Shown in pieces: positions 28,795-35,848 of a stretch of DNA of 64,000 nt. The notes beneath the pieces are model-generated. The model did no database searches. It had not been told where the DNA came from and saw only the letters and a list, made by a program, of their open reading frames with translations. The stretch's first letter is position 1, and each line of letters opens with the position of its first letter. The translations under genes were made by a program, and so were the position numbers. Origin of the DNA: Bacteroidota bacterium (lineage in GTDB: Bacteria > Bacteroidota > Bacteroidia > Chitinophagales > JADIYW01); the NCBI GenBank assembly GCA_028288625.1, contig JAQBNI010000089.1, forward strand, positions 9,149 through 73,148. The letters are read 5' to 3'.

Positions 28795-28855
28795 TTACAT
28801 CGTAATTACATATCTAACATGTAAATAATGTAACGCTTACATGTAATTGTGTAAT
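28795..28855. promoter_or_regulatory. Candidate operator: array of TTACAT/ATGTAA half-sites including a perfect 10-bp palindrome TTACATGTAA
   Basis: TTACAT at 28795 and 28806; TAACATGTAA at 28815-28824; ATGTAA at 28828; TTACATGTAA at 28837-28846; GTGTAA at 28849. Spacing is ~10-11 bp. A TAAATTTG element (28876-28883), matching the Bacteroidota -7 consensus TAnnTTTG, lies 32 nt before the ATG at 28915. Confidence 0.35.
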
Positions 28856-28914
28856 ACAACAATATATTATACAGGTAAATTTGTATTATCAATTTTTCAC
28901 AAAATAAAAACATC

Positions 28915-29109
28915 ATGAAAAGATTAATCATTATTACTTGTGCCGGTATCATTACAATGGGCGGTACAAGTTCTTGCAGCAAACAAAGAACATGCAGCTG
29001 TGTGGACACTACTAAAACTATTATCATGTTTTCCGATAAAAAAAGTGCACAAAAGAAAAAATGTGATGACTGGGCTGCAGCTAATCAAACTTCCTGCACT
29101 ATAAAATAA
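28915..29109 (+). CDS. Small lipoprotein-type peptide with a 4-Cys conserved core (paralog 1)
   Basis: Signal peptide plus lipobox-like TSSC. The core is RTCSCVDTTKTIIMFSDKKSAQKKKCDDWAAANQTSCTIK. It is followed by a strong terminator. Confidence 0.7.
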   Translation: MKRLIIITCAGIITMGGTSSCSKQRTCSCVDTTKTIIMFSDKKSAQKKKCDDWAAANQTSCTIK

Positions 29110-29163
29110 CTTATCCGGAAAACAATTTTAAAATTTAAAAGATCTTTTCTCAGATTCAATAAA

Positions 29164-29191
29164 AGACATTCATCAATGAATGTCTTTTTTT
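29164..29191 (+). terminator. Rho-independent terminator after peptide paralog 1
   Basis: AGACATTCAT-CA-ATGAATGTCT forms a perfect 10-bp stem and is followed by TTTTTT. Confidence 0.7.
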
Positions 29192-29259
29192 ATAACTGCT
29201 AAGTTTAAATAATTAAATATATTTAGGTATTATTGCTATTATTCATTTCAACTTTCATT

Positions 29260-29490
29260 ATGAAAAAGACATCTCATTTATGCATCCTGGTGGCGGGTAT
29301 AGGATTGTTGAGTTGCATATGTTCCTGCAAAAAACCGTCGACCAGCGATGATGACTCCATTAAAGAAAGAACCTGCGAATGTGTAGATGCAGCAAAATCT
29401 TACGTGATGTTCGCCGATAAAAAAAGTACTCAAACAACACGATGTAATGCCTGGGCAACAGACAATAACACCACATGTACAGTGAATTAA
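29260..29490 (+). CDS. Small lipoprotein-type peptide with a 4-Cys conserved core (paralog 2)
   Basis: Start at the ATG at 29260 (MKKTSHLCILVAGIGLLSC). The core is RTCECVDAAKSYVMFADKKSTQTTRCNAWATDNNTTCTVN, 21/40 identical to paralog 1. No terminator precedes the next gene. Confidence 0.7.
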   Translation: MKKTSHLCILVAGIGLLSCICSCKKPSTSDDDSIKERTCECVDAAKSYVMFADKKSTQTTRCNAWATDNNTTCTVN

Positions 29491-29554
29491 TTTGCTGAAG
29501 TACACTTATTTTAAATGAGCGAATTAATATTTAAATTTGGAGAAAAATTCTACC

Positions 29555-30409
29555 ATGTATAAAAGTATGATCCTTTTCTTATGCAAGTGGCTTGAAAAAA
29601 TCCATGAACATTCCGGTACGGCGCTGAGTAATTTCAGACAGCAATTGTATTTTATGGATTATGAAGACAGGGATAGTGATATATATGTGGTCACCTATGT
29701 AAAATCCGGTACAACATGGGTACAGGTGATTTTATACAATTTACTGTTCGATGGCAATATGGAGTTCGAACATATTTATGATGTTTCCCCATGGCCTAAA
29801 TATGAATCTGCCAACAACGGATCCCCGGAAAGAGTGAATCATCTTCCATCGCCCAGGATTATAAAATCTCATGATAAATATGATTTCTTTAATGCGGACA
29901 ACAAAGCAAAATTTATTTATGTATACCGTGAGGGAAAGGATGTAGCAGTATCACTTTATCACCATAATAAGAATTACAGAGATCCGGAGCTTACATTCGA
30001 TAAGAATTTTGAAGAATATTATATTACCCCGGACCCTCTTATTAATTGGTTTGAATTTACAAATGCATGGCTGGAAAATAAAAACAACTTCAACGTATTA
30101 TATATTTCTTATGAGCAATTGAAAAATAATTATGAAGTCACTGTTCGAAAGATTGCAGATTTCGTAGACGTGGAATTGACGGATGAAATTCTGGAAAGGG
30201 TGAAAAAACACAGCTCTTTTGAATATATGAAGCAGCACGAGAAAAAATTCGGGGAAAAACCGCCTGTACAGGCGCAATTGGTATATAATGAATTTATTAG
30301 AAAAGGCATGACAGGAGAAGGAAATACGTATCTCAATCCGGAACAAAAGAAACTTTATGATGATAAATTCACTGAATATATACAGTTGTATTTGAAAAAA
30401 ATTGAATAA
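29555..30409 (+). CDS. PAPS-dependent sulfotransferase, cytosolic SULT (Sulfotransfer_1) type
   Basis: 5'-PSB loop YVKSGTTW, catalytic-His region RIIKSHD, 3'-PB motif YVYREGKDVAVSLYHH, and C-terminal RKGMTGEGNTY (compare human SULT1 RKGMAGDWKTTF). There is no signal peptide. Confidence 0.85.
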   Translation: MYKSMILFLCKWLEKIHEHSGTALSNFRQQLYFMDYEDRDSDIYVVTYVKSGTTWVQVILYNLLFDGNMEFEHIYDVSPWPKYESANNGSPERVNHLPSPRIIKSHDKYDFFNADNKAKFIYVYREGKDVAVSLYHHNKNYRDPELTFDKNFEEYYITPDPLINWFEFTNAWLENKNNFNVLYISYEQLKNNYEVTVRKIADFVDVELTDEILERVKKHSSFEYMKQHEKKFGEKPPVQAQLVYNEFIRKGMTGEGNTYLNPEQKKLYDDKFTEYIQLYLKKIE

Positions 30410-30499
30410 TTATTGGATTTTTCTTTCTTACTTATTTGTTTTTTAAGAATGTTTTATTATCATTGTGGCATTATTAACTCAACCAAAAATTAAATAATT

Positions 30500-30697
30500 A
30501 TGAAAAAGAAAATGACATTGGGAGTATTGTTTACAGCAATCGCTCTTTCTTTAGGTCTTACATCTTGCAAAAAGGTAAGAACTTGCAGCTGCGCAAATGG
30601 ATACTCGTTCTCCATTCCATCTGGAAAGAAATCAGACCAGAAAAAAGTATGTGATGCTGCTGCGACAGGATTACAAACTTCTTGTACATTGAAATAA
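30500..30697 (+). CDS. Small lipoprotein-type peptide with a 4-Cys conserved core (paralog 3)
   Basis: Signal peptide plus lipobox LTSC. The core is RTCSCANGYSFSIPSGKKSDQKKVCDAAATGLQTSCTLK. A terminator follows. Confidence 0.7.
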   Translation: MKKKMTLGVLFTAIALSLGLTSCKKVRTCSCANGYSFSIPSGKKSDQKKVCDAAATGLQTSCTLK

Positions 30698-30716
30698 TTT
30701 TATTTCAATGTATTAT

Positions 30717-30749
30717 AAAGGGCGATCTTAGATCGCCCTTTATTTTTTT
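30717..30749 (+). terminator. Rho-independent terminator after peptide paralog 3
   Basis: AAAGGGCGATC-TTA-GATCGCCCTTT forms an 11-bp stem and is followed by ATTTTTTT. Confidence 0.75.
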
Positions 30750-30793
30750 AAGGCAACCGGACTGAAAAGGCATTTTTATTTTACTTTTACCAT

Positions 30794-31723
30794 ATGAAGA
30801 AGATCATTTCTATATTATTAAGCCTTTCCATCGGATTAGTATTCATTGCATCGGCTGCAGCAAAAATATACCCGATGGAGCCCTTTGAATACCAGTTTGT
30901 AGATATGGGCATAGCTTCCTGGACCACGGCGCCATATATTGCACGCTTTTTTATAGGGATGGAATTCTTTTTGGGAATCATGCTGATCTTAAATATTTCT
31001 CTCAGAAAATTCACTTTAAAATTTGCCATCGGGCTGCTGTGTGTTTTTACCATATACCTGGCTTACAAAATTATTTCAGAAGGAAATACGGGCAATTGCG
31101 GTTGCTTTGGCGAAGCTGTAAAGATGTCGCCGCTGCAGGGGATTTTAAAAAACCTCGTCCTGATCGCTGCTTGCGTTCTTGTGTATATTTCCACGGAAAA
31201 AGATTACTGGAACAGGCTATGGAAAAAAATAACCATTCCTATTTTATTGATTGCATGTATGTGTCTTGGATTTTTTATTTACCCGATCGACGCGCGGTTT
31301 GTTTCCTCCATGGACAAAAACAAGGTTAATTATAAAGTACCGCTGGAATTAATGTACACCGACAGCCAGAAAGAAAAACCGAAGGTCGATCTTACAAAAG
31401 GCAAACATGTGATCGCATTTTTAAGCCTGATGTGTTCTCATTGCAGGATCGCGGCAAAGAAGATCCATGTCATGCATAAAAAAAATCCTGCTATCCCGTT
31501 TTATATTGCATTGAACGGAGATCCAATAATAGAACCTGAATTTTTTGATGATACACACACAAAAGATATTCCTCATAATTTATTCTTAGGACCTAAGGAC
31601 TGGATGCAGGTTGCAGGCTTTAGTCTTCCTGTAATTATGTATATCGAAAACGGGGTAGTTAAGAAGAAATGCGATGGAATGGATCTCGAACAAAGTGACA
31701 TTGAAGCATGGATGAAAAAATGA
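30794..31723 (+). CDS. MauE/DoxX-type membrane domain fused to a periplasmic thioredoxin-fold (TlpA-like) domain
   Basis: Four to five N-terminal TM helices carry the NCGCFG motif typical of MauE/DoxX redox membrane proteins. The C-terminal ~130 aa have CxxC (MCSHC) in a Trx-like context. Confidence 0.75.
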   Translation: MKKIISILLSLSIGLVFIASAAAKIYPMEPFEYQFVDMGIASWTTAPYIARFFIGMEFFLGIMLILNISLRKFTLKFAIGLLCVFTIYLAYKIISEGNTGNCGCFGEAVKMSPLQGILKNLVLIAACVLVYISTEKDYWNRLWKKITIPILLIACMCLGFFIYPIDARFVSSMDKNKVNYKVPLELMYTDSQKEKPKVDLTKGKHVIAFLSLMCSHCRIAAKKIHVMHKKNPAIPFYIALNGDPIIEPEFFDDTHTKDIPHNLFLGPKDWMQVAGFSLPVIMYIENGVVKKKCDGMDLEQSDIEAWMKK

Positions 31724-33052
31724 TCACTGCATCACGAACCGCTTCGAATAAGTGTTCTCTTTGTCTGAAAGTACCAGGTAATACGAGCCTTTCGGAAGAA
31801 ATGAGAAATCAAACCGGTAAGTTTCCGTGCCTGTAGAAAATGAGCTGATCGGCTTTTGATAGATCACATTTCCAACAACATCATACAAGGTCAGAACAGC
31901 TTTCGGATCAAATAATTCTTCCGACACTATAAATTTTCCATTGTTCGGATTTGGAAATAAATTGAAATGCTTATCATCTCTTGCTTCCGCTATGCCGGTT
32001 GGTTTTTCCGCTTCGTATACATTTATAATTTCAAACCGCGCGGAGTCATAATCTTTGTTTGCCGCAACTCCCCTTACATGCATCACATTATTCACCAGCA
32101 CATAATCATAATCGACATGGATATGTCCGGTCATCCAAAGCGATAGATTTTCCTTGTACGGCGTAAGCCCTTGTATGATCTTATCATATTCCGCTCCATC
32201 AAATACAAAATTAGACAACTGCACTAAGATCTGGTCTGTTGCAGGATGGTGAGAAATGAAAGAGATATTATGATATTTTTTGCGCGGGTTATTTGCCAGT
32301 TCATTTTTTAACCACTGAAATGTACCGCCCGTCCAATCCATCAGTTGCGCTTCGGGTCCAATGCCGGGTGCTGCAGTCTTAACATGATAGCGCGGATTAA
32401 AATCCAAACCGTAAAAAATAAAACCGTTATACTCGAAAGAAAAATTCTGCAGGTAATGTTCAAGGCTATCCTCAGGATCATACGTTCTCGTTAATCGTTC
32501 TCCGTCATTCCAGTTATCAAAAAATAATTTATCCTTATCATATGTATCCGCAAAAACATCGCCCATCACAGAATCTCCATAAGCATAAGTAGCTTCGTTC
32601 TGGTAACGGATATACGGCCAGATATCATGATTGCCAATGATCGGAACATAAGGCATGTTTAATCCATCGAGTAGTTTTTTACAGGTTTGAAATTCAGATT
32701 TCTCCGCGCTTCCCGTAAGGTCACCGGACAGCACAACAAATTTTATATTCTTATCCTGCTCATGGTAATTGATCCATTTCACTGCCTGTCGCAACCGCAC
32801 CGCCGGAAACATTGTATCGAAGTCGGGCATCGTATCGTTAAAAAAGCCGGGCGTACCGTAATCTGGCGTATCCTCCCCGATATGAACATCGGAAATATGG
32901 ACAAATGAAAATTTATATGTCGCACCCGGAAGATTTTTATTCATATCGAATTCCTGCATGCGCGTGGATTGTGCATTCGACAAGCAAAAGCTGCCGCACA
33001 AAAAGAGAATAATAAATAATTTTACTGAAGTTTTCACGGAGATGTTTATCAT
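31724..33052 (-). CDS. Secreted metallophosphoesterase with a T9SS C-terminal sorting domain
   Basis: Signal peptide. Calcineurin-like motifs are present (FVHISDVHIG, LSGDLT, GNHD, GHIH). The C-terminal ~80 aa are CTD-like (FNLFPNPNNGKF ... GSYYLVL...). Confidence 0.85.
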   Translation of the reverse strand: MINISVKTSVKLFIILFLCGSFCLSNAQSTRMQEFDMNKNLPGATYKFSFVHISDVHIGEDTPDYGTPGFFNDTMPDFDTMFPAVRLRQAVKWINYHEQDKNIKFVVLSGDLTGSAEKSEFQTCKKLLDGLNMPYVPIIGNHDIWPYIRYQNEATYAYGDSVMGDVFADTYDKDKLFFDNWNDGERLTRTYDPEDSLEHYLQNFSFEYNGFIFYGLDFNPRYHVKTAAPGIGPEAQLMDWTGGTFQWLKNELANNPRKKYHNISFISHHPATDQILVQLSNFVFDGAEYDKIIQGLTPYKENLSLWMTGHIHVDYDYVLVNNVMHVRGVAANKDYDSARFEIINVYEAEKPTGIAEARDDKHFNLFPNPNNGKFIVSEELFDPKAVLTLYDVVGNVIYQKPISSFSTGTETYRFDFSFLPKGSYYLVLSDKENTYSKRFVMQ

Positions 33053-33230
33053 CTAAAATTAGTTAAATAAACCGAATATCCGATCCTGCAGAAATCCATA
33101 TTTTTAAGATTAAAGTAATGAGATAGAACACATTCATGTTTCGTGTGTTACTATTGGTCAATATATTTTATATGAATCACTTATCCACAGGACAATAGTA
33201 GATTCTGTTTTGGCGTTATGGTAAAAATCT

Positions 33231-33238
33231 TATTTTTG
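33231..33238 (+). promoter_or_regulatory. Possible Bacteroidota -7 promoter element (TAnnTTTG) upstream of the ExbB-like gene
   Basis: TATTTTTG lies 17 nt upstream of the ATG at 33255. This is a motif match only. Confidence 0.25.
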
Positions 33239-33254
33239 TTAAAATATTGTTGAT

Positions 33255-33953
33255 ATGGGAATACTTTTGCAGGCAGCAACCACAGTTTTAGATACCGCAC
33301 ACGCAATGGCGCCGGCAACGCCCGTTGTTAAGGAATTATCCGTTTTAGACCTGCTGATGAAGGGCGGTTTTATTATGATCCCCTTGGTTTTGTTTTTTGC
33401 TGTGGCAGTTTTTTTTATCATTGAACGCTATATATTTTTCAGGCATCGCACAAGGATCAACGAGAATCTTGTGAGAGATGTGCTGGATAAATTATATTCC
33501 GGAAATATCCAAACAGCAGAAGCGCATTGCATCCAGGATAAATCGGCTTTGGGAAATGTTTTGCTTGCAGGAATTTCACAACTCGGAAAACCAATTGATC
33601 ACATTGAGAAAGCTTTGGAGATACAATCCAATATTGAGTTGAATGAAATGGAAAAACGCATGGGCTGGATCAGTATGATCTCCGGTGTTGCGCCGCGTCT
33701 CGGTTTTATCGGAACGATCCTGGGAGTTATCAAAATATTTTACAGCATTTCTCAAACCGCGGATATTTCTATCGGTACGATCTCCGCGGGTTTATATCAA
33801 AAGATGATCACCTCCGCAACAGGATTGATCGTGGGTGTTGTCGCATTTATGGGCTATCATTTTTTACTGATGCTTATCGATAACTATTCCATGAAACTAC
33901 AAAAACAAATCTTTGAATTTGTAAGAGGCATTCAAAAACCGGTAAACAAGTAA
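33255..33953 (+). CDS. MotA/TolQ/ExbB proton-channel family protein
   Basis: Three-TM topology with the conserved C-terminal channel region (APRLGFIGTILGVI ... TSATGLIVGVVAF). Confidence 0.85.
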   Translation: MGILLQAATTVLDTAHAMAPATPVVKELSVLDLLMKGGFIMIPLVLFFAVAVFFIIERYIFFRHRTRINENLVRDVLDKLYSGNIQTAEAHCIQDKSALGNVLLAGISQLGKPIDHIEKALEIQSNIELNEMEKRMGWISMISGVAPRLGFIGTILGVIKIFYSISQTADISIGTISAGLYQKMITSATGLIVGVVAFMGYHFLLMLIDNYSMKLQKQIFEFVRGIQKPVNK

Positions 33954-33954
33954 G

Positions 33955-34350
33955 ATGAATATCAGGAGAAGAAAACCGTTTCACGATGAAGATGCGATGG
34001 CGTCTATGAACGATATTATGTTCTTCCTGATGCTGTTCTTCCTGATCATTTCTACCATGGCGAATCCGAATGTAATTAAATTACTGTTGCCGAAAGCAAA
34101 CAGCACGGAAAACCTCGCGAAGCAACCCGTTACTTTATCCGTAACTGCCGATAAGCATTATTTTATTAATACCACCGAGATCCCGCTGGAAGGAGTGGAA
34201 ACAGCTTTGTCTGCTGCCTTAGCGAACAATGCCGACCCAACCGTTGTGCTCCGCGTAGCGGAAAATTTGAGTATACAAGACTTGGTTGATATCATGTCGA
34301 TCGGTGCAAAGCTGAAGCTGAAAATGGTATTGAGTACCGATAAAAAATAA
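33955..34350 (+). CDS. ExbD/TolR biopolymer transport protein
   Basis: 131 aa with an N-terminal TM (MNDIMFFLMLFFLI) and a periplasmic domain. It directly follows the ExbB-like gene. Confidence 0.85.
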   Translation: MNIRRRKPFHDEDAMASMNDIMFFLMLFFLIISTMANPNVIKLLLPKANSTENLAKQPVTLSVTADKHYFINTTEIPLEGVETALSAALANNADPTVVLRVAENLSIQDLVDIMSIGAKLKLKMVLSTDKK

Positions 34351-34381
34351 AATTAAATTTTAACATCCTTTACGAACTTCT

Positions 34382-34640
34382 GTCATTCTCGCGAAAGCGG
34401 GAATCTCATTCATGTTAGCAGCAATGAAAAAAATACGAATTTCACTTTATATCGTGAGATCCCCGCGTGCACGAGGATGACCCAATTGTTATGGCATTCC
34501 GCTCGTACCTCGCGTCGGGCTATCCGCTCCAATCTCTTGTTCGTTTCCTCACAAAAGTATTTCCGCTGCTATCCCTAATGCAGCGAACAGGAAACTAAAT
34601 TATTACAAATGCAAAGTCCCCTTTAGGGGATTTAGGGGTT
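34382..34640. repeat. Stack of GC-rich short palindromic repeat units between convergent genes
   Basis: GTCATTCTCGCGAAAGCGGGAATCTC (34382-34407) is a GAAA-loop hairpin. Also present are GAGATCCCCGCGTGCACGAGGATGAC (34457-34482) and two related units, GGCTATCCGCTCCAATCTCT (34519-34538) and ATTTCCGCTGCTATCCCT (34559-34576). TCCCCTTTAGGGGATTTAGGGG (34617-34638) is another hairpin. Confidence 0.55.
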
Positions 34641-35562
34641 AAACAACTTTCTTAATGAACGCCTGTATATCATAATACACCTGCATACTTTCATCAGATA
34701 AACCCGGCAAGTTAAAAAATCCGTGCACCAACTCCTTGTAGTCTTTGTACAAAACTACATTGCCATTTTCCTTCAGCTTATCAGCATACATTTTTCCTTC
34801 ATACTTCAACGGATCATATTCAGCGGTGATCAAAAATACCGGCGGCAGATTTTTAAAATCCTTTTGATAGATCGGCGAAACTTCAGGATTTAAACGGTCT
34901 TCAACTTTTGGCGTATATGTTTTCTGAAACCACAGCATCGATTTCCGCGTGAGCAAAAATCCTTCTCCATATTCATCAATCGATGGCGAATCAATTTTGC
35001 CATCTATCCACGGATATATCAATATTTGCGCGGCGATCCGGATATTTTTATCTTTTTTAAAATGATGACAAGCACACGCAGAAATATTTCCACCTGCACT
35101 GTCACCGGCTAAAATAATTTTGGCGGGATCGATTCGCAATTCATCAGCATGATCAACTATATATCGTATAACCTCATATCCGTCTTCATGGGCGGCGGGA
35201 AATGTGTGCTCCGGCGCTAAACGATAATCGACCGAAATCACTGTGCAGTCATTCATCCGGCACAATCGCCTTGCAATATTATCGTGCGAATCAATATTGT
35301 AAAAAACAAAACCGCCGCCGTGGAAATAAATGATAATTTTTTGATCAGGTGCAGTAGAATCCCTGTACAAACGAACGGGAATATCACCAATCTTAAAATC
35401 GCGCACTTCTTTCACCGGCTTTCTGCGGTCGAGCAATATTTTGCCCAGGTTTGCCGCCTTCGAAGTTTTAATTCTTTCTTTGGCGATGTCAGGCGCATCC
35501 TCATCGCGAAGCGGCTGCACATGATTAACAAACCATAATAGAGATCGAAGTTTCCAGTTCAT
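34639..35562 (-). CDS. Alpha/beta hydrolase, hormone-sensitive-lipase-like esterase
   Basis: Oxyanion HGGGF, nucleophile GDSAGG, and C-terminal His (LVHGF). Confidence 0.85.
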   Translation of the reverse strand: MNWKLRSLLWFVNHVQPLRDEDAPDIAKERIKTSKAANLGKILLDRRKPVKEVRDFKIGDIPVRLYRDSTAPDQKIIIYFHGGGFVFYNIDSHDNIARRLCRMNDCTVISVDYRLAPEHTFPAAHEDGYEVIRYIVDHADELRIDPAKIILAGDSAGGNISACACHHFKKDKNIRIAAQILIYPWIDGKIDSPSIDEYGEGFLLTRKSMLWFQKTYTPKVEDRLNPEVSPIYQKDFKNLPPVFLITAEYDPLKYEGKMYADKLKENGNVVLYKDYKELVHGFFNLPGLSDESMQVYYDIQAFIKKVV

Positions 35563-35614
35563 AGAACAAGGTTAGATTTTATCTGTTAACTTTAAAGATA
35601 TAAAAATATAAAAT

Positions 35615-35848
35615 ATGGACTGGATTACAAAGGATAATAAACTGGTGAAAGAATTCAAGTTTAAGGATTTTTCCGAAGCGTTTGCATTTTTAACCAGGAT
35701 CGCACTTGCTGCGGAAAAGCAAGATCATCATCCCGAAATTTTCAACGTATATAATAAAGTTACGATCTCCCTGCAAACACATGACGCGGGTGATATCGTT
35801 ACGGAAAAAGATCATAAATTAGCGAAGGCAATCGACGCTTTGTTATGA
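35615..35848 (+). CDS. 4a-hydroxytetrahydrobiopterin dehydratase (PCD/DCoH)
   Basis: 77 aa with the motifs F.F.DF..AF.F...IA..AE...HHPE ... V...L.TH. Confidence 0.85.
   Translation: MDWITKDNKLVKEFKFKDFSEAFAFLTRIALAAEKQDHHPEIFNVYNKVTISLQTHDAGDIVTEKDHKLAKAIDALL

Noticed and set aside
28806-29027. 73-aa minus-strand ORF overlapping the first Cys-peptide gene and its promoter
   Set aside because: The product is hydrophobic nonsense. The plus-strand peptide has two paralogs with conserved cysteines plus its own promoter-like element and terminator.
34351-34638. tRNA or other known RNA gene in the GC-rich intergenic region
   Set aside because: No cloverleaf can be drawn, since there is no acceptor/T-arm pairing and no GTTCRANYC T-loop. 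The segment is better explained as stacked short palindromic repeats, and an Rfam scan is still advisable.
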